Origin: the human T2T-CHM13v2.0 reference genome, Homo sapiens
Assembly: GCF_009914755.1 (NCBI RefSeq)
Contig: NC_060926.1
Direction: 5' to 3' (one strand)
Length of the DNA stretch: 64,000 nucleotides
The position numbers and the translations under genes are program-made. The notes under the pieces were generated by a model, which was not told where the DNA came from, ran no database searches, and was given only the letters and a program-made list of their open reading frames with translations. Positions 56,940-64,000 of this stretch are shown in pieces. Position 1 is the first letter of the stretch. Each line of letters starts with the position of its first letter.

Positions 56940-57533
56940 TAGTTTGTAGCACACGTGACTTACAAGCTAAGTCCAAAATAATGCAAAGAGTTTCACACAC
57001 TTTTCAATGGTTGAAATACAGGCTTGAATATTGCTGTAATGTTAAATCACTATAAAAGTTTCTAAACATTTACTGTTACTTTTTGTACTTACCACTAAGT
57101 GTTAGTAAACAAAATCACGGACATACTTTGAGTTGCAATGGTACAGAGGTCTTGTACATCTTTCATTAGATTTTTTGGTATTGACTTTTTTATATTTAAT
57201 AATAGATTTCATTTAACTCAATAGTAAAAAATATGATTTCAACAGGTATTCAACATAAACATTATCAAGAAATTTTCCATCCTTTCATTTTGTATGAAGC
57301 CTTCAATTCCATGTATATTTTATGCTTACAGCACATCTCAATTTAGATGCTAAATTTTCATTAGAAACACTGGATGTGTATTTACATTTTATAAAATATA
57401 AAGCTTAAAAAGTGGATTCACATATGCAACCTGTTTCAAATATACTTAAATACTTACTTTAATTAAATTTAAATTCTCATTAATTCCTCACTTGCATTAG
57501 GCAGGTTTCAAGTCCTCAATAGCCACTTGTGAC
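56940..57533. mobile_element. Charlie5/MER33-like hAT fragment
   Basis: 'tttatgcttacagcacatctcaatttagatgctaaattttca' and 'tttcaagtcctcaatagccacttgtg'. Confidence 0.7.
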
Positions 57534-57535
57534 TT

Positions 57536-57680
57536 AAACTATCAATGTCACTCTTCACATAACTAGAAAAAAACTAATTTTAAAATTCATATAGAACCAG
57601 AAAAAGAGCCCGAATAGCCAAGGCAATCCTAAGCTAAAAGAACAAAGCTGGAGGCATCACAATACCCAACTTCAAACTAT
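57536..57680 (+). mobile_element. Isolated L1PA/PB ORF2 fragment
   Basis: 'aaaattcatatagaaccagaaaaagagcccgaatagccaaggcaatcctaagctaaaagaacaaagctggaggcatcac...acttcaaactat'. Confidence 0.8.
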
Positions 57681-59546
57681 CCCAACAACGTGAGTTGGTC
57701 TGAAGGGGTGAGACAGTGAAATGAATGCTGTTTTCTGGTTTTAAACGCTCTATTTCCCTCCATGGACAACAAATTCCTACTTTCCCCACCCAACCCTCCA
57801 TCACCCTTTCCCTCTGGAATCTCCTCTCTCTCTCTCTCTCTCCTTATCACAAAGTCAGGTACATATGTGATCTGCATCCAACGAAGTCTTGTGGGGTTTT
57901 TTTTCCTTCATCTCTGATGGATAAAACAATTTTAACATTGCAAATAAAATTTTGACTTGTCCTGAAATGAACTGTCATTCTCAAGACTCAATATCCAGAA
58001 AAGCCTCAGGATAACTATTTCTTTTATTTATAAAATCTTAAAATGTTAGCTCTAGGAGCATCCTAAGTCATTCATCAGGAAAAAAATGAATAAATATATT
58101 TGAATAAATGTGCAAATTCACTAAAATTCCACAATTAGAACAACAAAATTGATTTTTATTAAGCTCCTTGACTACAGATGGTTGCATAAGCTCCAAGACT
58201 TCAGTGCCTTCTTGTATTAAATTGAGAAAAAATATTAATACTACTTAACAGGGTTTTATAAATAATAAGCGATATAATGCCTATGAACTATTATACAATA
58301 ACTGGTGCATAGTATACATGCAACAGATAGCTCTTATTTACAAGGTATTACATTTTATTATGGATAAAAATAATGTATGTTATCACCCTTTGCCCTGTGT
58401 CTTCCCCTCACCCTCTAGCAAGGCTCTTCTGTCAATGCCTTTTACACATGGCTGTGATTCAGTCACTCTGTTTCCTCCCAAGGAGCTAGTAATTACAGAC
58501 TGGCTCTCCAGGGAATGGTAAGCATGATCTCTGGGAGGGGCATTCATGGCCTCACGGAGCTATGGGCAGAGACTCCACCCGGAACTCCAGACTAGGCCAC
58601 TGTTTCATTTGCTAATATGAAACACCAGCAGTACCATCAGTACATCCAGCAGACACATCCTAAAGACAATCTGAGCTTTAACTGTATGTTTTTATTGAGC
58701 TGCTTCTGTGTATTCATGTCTGGTATGCACATCTTTTGGACAATAACTAAAAAAAAATATTAATTTTCACACTGGCTCACAAGGAGCATAGGCCAGAAAA
58801 GAATTAGTCAACAAGATAAAGATGCAAGCATTTTAGTTTTAAGAGATTTGATTTATTCATGATCTTTTTTGACTCTTTCTTCTTTTATCTACAGCACAAA
58901 TGAACTGTTCTTGAACTCTTAATAAATTTAACTCCAGTAAAAACATTGCAAAGCCCTCACTCTATCCTGTATAATCCACAGGAAACAAACTACGCATTTT
59001 TGGCATGTTCTGTAAACTGTTATTCTGCCCAGTGACTTGGGGACACTGAGAAATTACTGAAGCACTGAGTCTGCAAGAGAATCACTGAAGGAACCAGAGA
59101 GTTAGGCCAGCTGACCGCACACCACCTGTATCAGCACAATGCTGCTGTTTACTACTTATCAGCTGGTTTTCAGCAACTCTAACTCAGAGCCTACAATGGT
59201 CACTTAAATTGCTCAGCCATACTTTACTGTAATTGTGTATGGGAAATTACAAGTTTTCAATTTGGAAATTAGAAACGTATTTGTAAAAACAATACCTAAG
59301 ACAAGTAAAAATTATATTTAAATCCATAGTGACAACATGAAGTTGATAGCTGTTTGTTTCTCCTCAGTATTTGGCAAGAAACAAATGATACTTACCGTCA
59401 GTGAAATGAATCTTTGCTTTATTAGAATACATGGGCTCTGTCACCCTGTCCTTATGCTTTTAGTACACACTCATGCAAGTCTGGATGGGTGTAAATCAGT
59501 GTCATTCTATACAGAGCTACTGGAGAAGCAGATGCAATTAATAAGC

Positions 59547-59867
59547 TTTTTTTCTTTTTCTTTTTCTTTTTTTTTTTCTTTTTTTTTGAGATGGAGTCTC
59601 GCTCCATTGTCCAGGCTGGAGTGCAATGGTGCAATCTCTGCTCACTGCAACTGCTTCCACCTGGGTTCAAGAGATTCTCCTGCCTCAGCCTCCTGAGTAG
59701 CTGAGATTACAGGTGCCCACCACTACGCCTGGCTAATTTTTGTGTTTTTAGTAGAGACAGGATTTCACCATGTTGCTCAGGCTGGTCTCGAACTGCTGAC
59801 CTAGTGATCTGTCCGTCTTGGCTTCCCAAAGTGCTGGTATTACAGGCTGAGCCACTGTGCCTGGTCC
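59547..59867 (-). mobile_element. AluS
   Basis: Full antisense Alu with (T5C)n-like tail. Confidence 0.9.
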
Positions 59868-60187
59868 TTTTTTCTATTTTTTTAAAGACACTTTCAGCAT
59901 GTCACTTCCAACTCAAAAACTTTCAAAGATTTCTTATTTTCAAACTTCTTAGCTTGGTACTCCAGATCTTCAGTATGTGAATCTACTACATCTTGTGTTT
60001 TCTGTTACAGTTCTGCAAAGAACTCTCTATTCAAGCAACACATATCAATTCTTGCTCCCTGAAACCTACTACTTCCATCTCAAAATTTAAGTTTCACGCA
60101 AATGATTACATGTACTCAGAAGTTACACCTTTTATTTCTCCTAAACCTTTAAACATCTATGCTGTTCCAAAAATTTCTCAGAACATC

Positions 60188-62449
60188 AGATATGGTTTGG
60201 CTGTGTCCTCACTCAAATCTCATCTTGAATTGTAGTTCCAACAATCCCCATGTATTGTGGGAGGAACCTGGTAGGAGATAACTGAATTATGGGGGCAGTT
60301 ACCTCCATGCTGCTATTCTCATGATAGTGAGTGAATTCTCATGAGATCTGATGGTTTTATAATGGTCTTTTCCCCCTTTTGCTTGGCACTTCTCCTTCCT
60401 GTCATCATGTGAAGAAGAACATGTTTGCTTCCCCTTCTGCCACGATTGTAAGTTTCCCGAGGCCTCCCAAGCCATGCTGAACTGTGAGTCAATTAAACCT
60501 CTTTCCTTTATAAATTACCCAGTATACAACAGTTGTTTACAGCAGTGTGAGAATGAAATAATACAGTAAATTGGTATCACAGAGAGTGGGGTGCTGCTGT
60601 AAAGACAGCAACTTTTGAACTGGGTAACAAGCAGAGGTTGGAATACTTTGGAGGGCTCAGAAGAAGACAGGAAGATGTGGGAAAGGGTAGAACTTCCTAG
60701 AGGCTTGTTGAATAGCTTTGACCAAAATGCTGTAGTGATATAGACAATGAAGTCCTGGCTGAAGTTGTCTCAGATGGCGATAAAAAACTTGTTGGAAACT
60801 GGAATAAAGCTGATTTTTGCTATGCTTTAGCAAAGAGACTGGCAGCATTTTGCCCCTGTCCTAGAGATCTGTGGAACTTTGAACTTGAGAGAGATAATTT
60901 AGGGTATCTGATGGAAGAAATTTCTAAGCAGCAAAGCATTCAAGAGGTGACTTTGGTGCTCTTAAAAGCATTCCGTTTTATGTATTCCAAATATGGTTTG
61001 GAACTGGAACTTATGTTTAAAAGGGAAGCAGAGGATAGAAGTTCAGAAAATCTGTAGTGTTAGGATACAAGAGAAAAGAAAATCCCATTTTCTGAGGAGA
61101 AATTCAAGCCAGCTGAAGAAATTTGCATAAGTAAAGAAGAGCCAAATATTAATTGCAAAGACAATGGGGAAAATGTCTCACAGTAGCCTTTCCCATCACA
61201 GGCCTGAAGGCCTAAGAGGAAAAAATGGTTTCATGAGCTGGGCCCAGGGCCTTGCTGGTTTTTGCAGTCTTGGGACCTGGTGCCCTGCATCACAGCCATG
61301 GCTAAAAGGGGCCAACAAAGAGCTCAGGCCATTTCTTCAGAGGGTGCAAGCCCCAAGCCTTTGTGGCTTACACATGGTGTTGGGCCTTTGGGTGCACAGA
61401 AGTCAAGAATTGAGGTTTGGGAACCTCTCACTAGATTTCAGAGTATGTATGGAAAATTCTGGATGTCCAGGCAGAAGTTTGCTGCAGGGGCAGAGCCCTC
61501 ATGGTTAACCTCTGCTAGAGCAGTGTGGAAGGGAAATGTGAGGTCAGATCCCCCACACAGAATCCACTGGGGCACTGTCTAGTGGATGTGTGATGAGAGG
61601 GCCACCATCTTCCAGATCCCAGACTGACAGATCCACCAACAGCTTGCACCGTGCACCTGGAAAATCCACAGGCACTCAACACCAGCCTGTGAAAGCAGCT
61701 GGTAAGGTGGTCCTACCCTGCAAAGCCACAGAGGCAGAGCTGCTCAAGGTTATGGAAGCTCATCTCTTGCATCAGTGTGACCTCAGTTTGAGACACATGG
61801 AGTCAAAGGAGATCATTTTGGAGCTTTAAGATTCAACTGCCCCACTAGATTTCAGACTTGCATCGGCCCTGCAGCCCCTTCACTTTGGCCAATTTCTCCC
61901 ATTTGGAATGGGTGTATTTACTGAATGCCTGTACCCCTATTGTATCTGGGAAGTAACTAACTTGCTTTTGACTTTATAGGCTCATAGGTGGAAGGGATTT
62001 GCCTTGTCTCAGATGAGACCCTGGACTTGAACTTTTGGGTTAATGGTAGAATGAGTTAAGACTTTGGGAGACTGTTGGAAAGGCACGATTCTGTTTTGAA
62101 CTATGAGGACATAAGATTGGGAGAGGCCAGGGGTGGAATGATATGATTTGGCTGTGTCCCCATCCAAATCTCATCTTGAATTGTAATTCCCAAAATCCCC
62201 ACATGTCCATGGGAGGGACTCAGTGGGAGGTGATTGAATCATGAGGGCGGTAACACCCATGCTGCTGTTCTTATTATAGTGAGTAAGTTCTCATGAGATC
62301 TGATGGTTTTATAAAAGGCTTTTTCCCCTTTGCTCAGTAGTCCTTCTTGCTGCCATGTGAAGAAGGACATGTTTGCTTCCCCTTCTACCATGATTGTAAG
62401 TTTCCTGAGGCCTCCCCACCCATGCTGAACTGTGAGTCAATTAAACCTC
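60188..62449 (+). mobile_element. THE1C-like MaLR: LTR 60188-60565, internal 60566-62138, 3' LTR 62139-62449 (end deleted)
   Basis: Two homologous LTRs ('gtgaagaagRacatgtttgcttccccttc'), 'taatacagtaaattggta' junction, THE1-int ORF remnants at 61164-61829. Confidence 0.92.
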
Positions 62450-62451
62450 AC

Positions 62452-62719
62452 AGTATACCCTACTACACACCTGGGCTATACGGTGTAGCCTATTGCTTCT
62501 AGGATACAAACCTGCACAGTATGTTACCATACTGAATACTGTAGGCAATTGTAACACAATGGTAAGTATTCATTTATCTAAATGTATCAAAATATAAAAA
62601 AGATACTGTGTTGGACTATGAAAACAGGAATTTTTCAGCTCTATTTTACACTTATGAGGCCATCAAGGTATATGTAGTCCATCATTGACTGAAATTAGGC
62701 TATGTGGCACATGATTGTA
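62452..62719 (+). mobile_element. Tigger3 (Golem/MER7) 3' part
   Basis: 'tactacacacctgggctatacggtgtagcctattgct...actgaatactgtaggcaattgtaacacaatggtaagtatt...tatgtggcacatgattgta' ending in TA. Confidence 0.85.
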
Positions 62720-62829
62720 ATAGCTAATGTTTATTCAGCACTTAGTATGTATGTTAGTTTTACATAACTGCTTTATATCTATCACTGCAATTAAACCTCA
62801 AAATTTCTTTATCATGTAGCTACCATAAG

Positions 62830-62990
62830 CACACCTTGAACTTTAATGTGCATATACATCTCCTGGGGATCTGGTGAAAATTCAGATTGAGATTCAGAAA
62901 GTCTGAGGTGGAGGCTGAGATTCTACACTATTAATAAATACTTTAGTGATGCTGGTGACACCAGCTGCACCCACACTATGTGTGGCAAGG
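62830..62990. mobile_element. MER5A-like hAT MITE inside a MIR
   Basis: 'tgaactttaatgtgcatatacatctcctggggatctggtgaaaattcagatt...gaggctgagattctac'. Confidence 0.7.
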
Positions 62991-63759
62991 AGCCTGTTAT
63001 GTTTTATCATTTTATTAATTAAAAAACTAAGGCACAGAAAGGCTCTATTATATGCCCAAATTTACACAGCTACATGAGTGGTAGAGTCAGAATTTTAACT
63101 CAGTCTACGTGGCTTCTGGACCAACAATGAGTAGGTTTATCTAGACTGAAAATAGAACAAAAACATTCTTGGCCATGAAATTAGTATAATCGAAATAATG
63201 ACATGACAATGTTCAACAAATGTGGTGTTCTAGATATAGGCTAGTTTGACTGGAGAGCAAAGAAACAGAAGAAAGAAACTACGTACTATGAGTAGGTTTG
63301 CATAAATATAGCGAGTGTCTCAGATTCTTTCAATAGAGGGCTTCACCATCACCTACCTTCTGAACCTGTGTTATTTCAGCTTTTGCTGAGAACATCAGCC
63401 TTGTTCTCTTTCCAAGAGCCTGTATCCTAGGGAGATTTGGCCTTTGAAGTAGACTCATTTAAATACTTACTGTCCCTCTTCTTCCTTCTCAGGACAGAAA
63501 GTTGAAAAACAGAGGGCTAGTCTCTGTCACATTTCACATTCTGGCATAATTTCATCAGCAGGCAGTTGTCCACTGGGTTATGAATTAGATTTTCCTCAGA
63601 GTGAGGAGAAGGCAGGCACTGTGGTGTTGGGATTGCTCAGAATGTCCAACCTATCTATGGTTAGCTATTCAGCATCAGACCAGGTGGTGCACTAAGGTTG
63701 TAGCGCAAGAGTGGACTTAATGTCAGAGGTTACAGAGCCCTTGTCTAGTCTGTCATATG

Positions 63760-64000
63760 ACAGTAATCCTAGCCACTGCTTACCAAGCACCAACAGTGTG
63801 TTAGTTTCTCTGCTACACACTTTACACACATTATCTGTTATCCTCCAAACAAATTCTACAAATTAGATTTGTTGTCTATATTTGCTGAGGATAAAACTGA
63901 AGGCATGAGGAACTCAATTCCTGGTCCAGGGTCACAGAGCTAGTGAGAATCAGAGCTGGAATACAAATCACATTTGCCTGGCTCCAAAGCCCCTATTCTT
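63760..64000 (-). mobile_element. MIR SINE
   Basis: 'tgaggataaaactgaaggcatgag...ccagggtcacagagctagtgagaatcagagctggaatacaaa...ggctccaaagccc'. Confidence 0.75.

Overview
Primate (very probably human) non-coding genomic DNA, mostly interspersed repeats. No protein-coding exon, RNA gene, CpG island or CRISPR array could be supported. All recognisable ORFs in the track are remnants of repeats: L1 ORF2, Tigger1 transposase, the MaLR/THE1 internal ORF and antisense-Alu pseudo-ORFs. Contents: nested old L1s (antisense in 1-11 kb, mostly sense in 19-50 kb), nine Alus including a young AluYe-type, a twin-primed L1, Tigger1/Tigger3 and hAT (MER20, MER5, Charlie5/MER33) fossils, L2/MIR/L3 fragments, solo LTRs (MSTA, MLT1A, MLT1C, MER61) and four MaLR elements that retain internal sequence. 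The most unusual object is at 51602-54084. An inverted MLT2A2 (HERV-L) LTR replaces the 5' LTR of a THE1B element, one 5-bp TSD (ACCAT) flanks the whole composite, and a second 37-bp piece of MLT2A2 is spliced into the THE1 internal region. This is a candidate fossil of a HERV-L/MaLR chimeric integration. Subfamily names come from recalled consensus features, not a database search, and boundaries of old elements are approximate.
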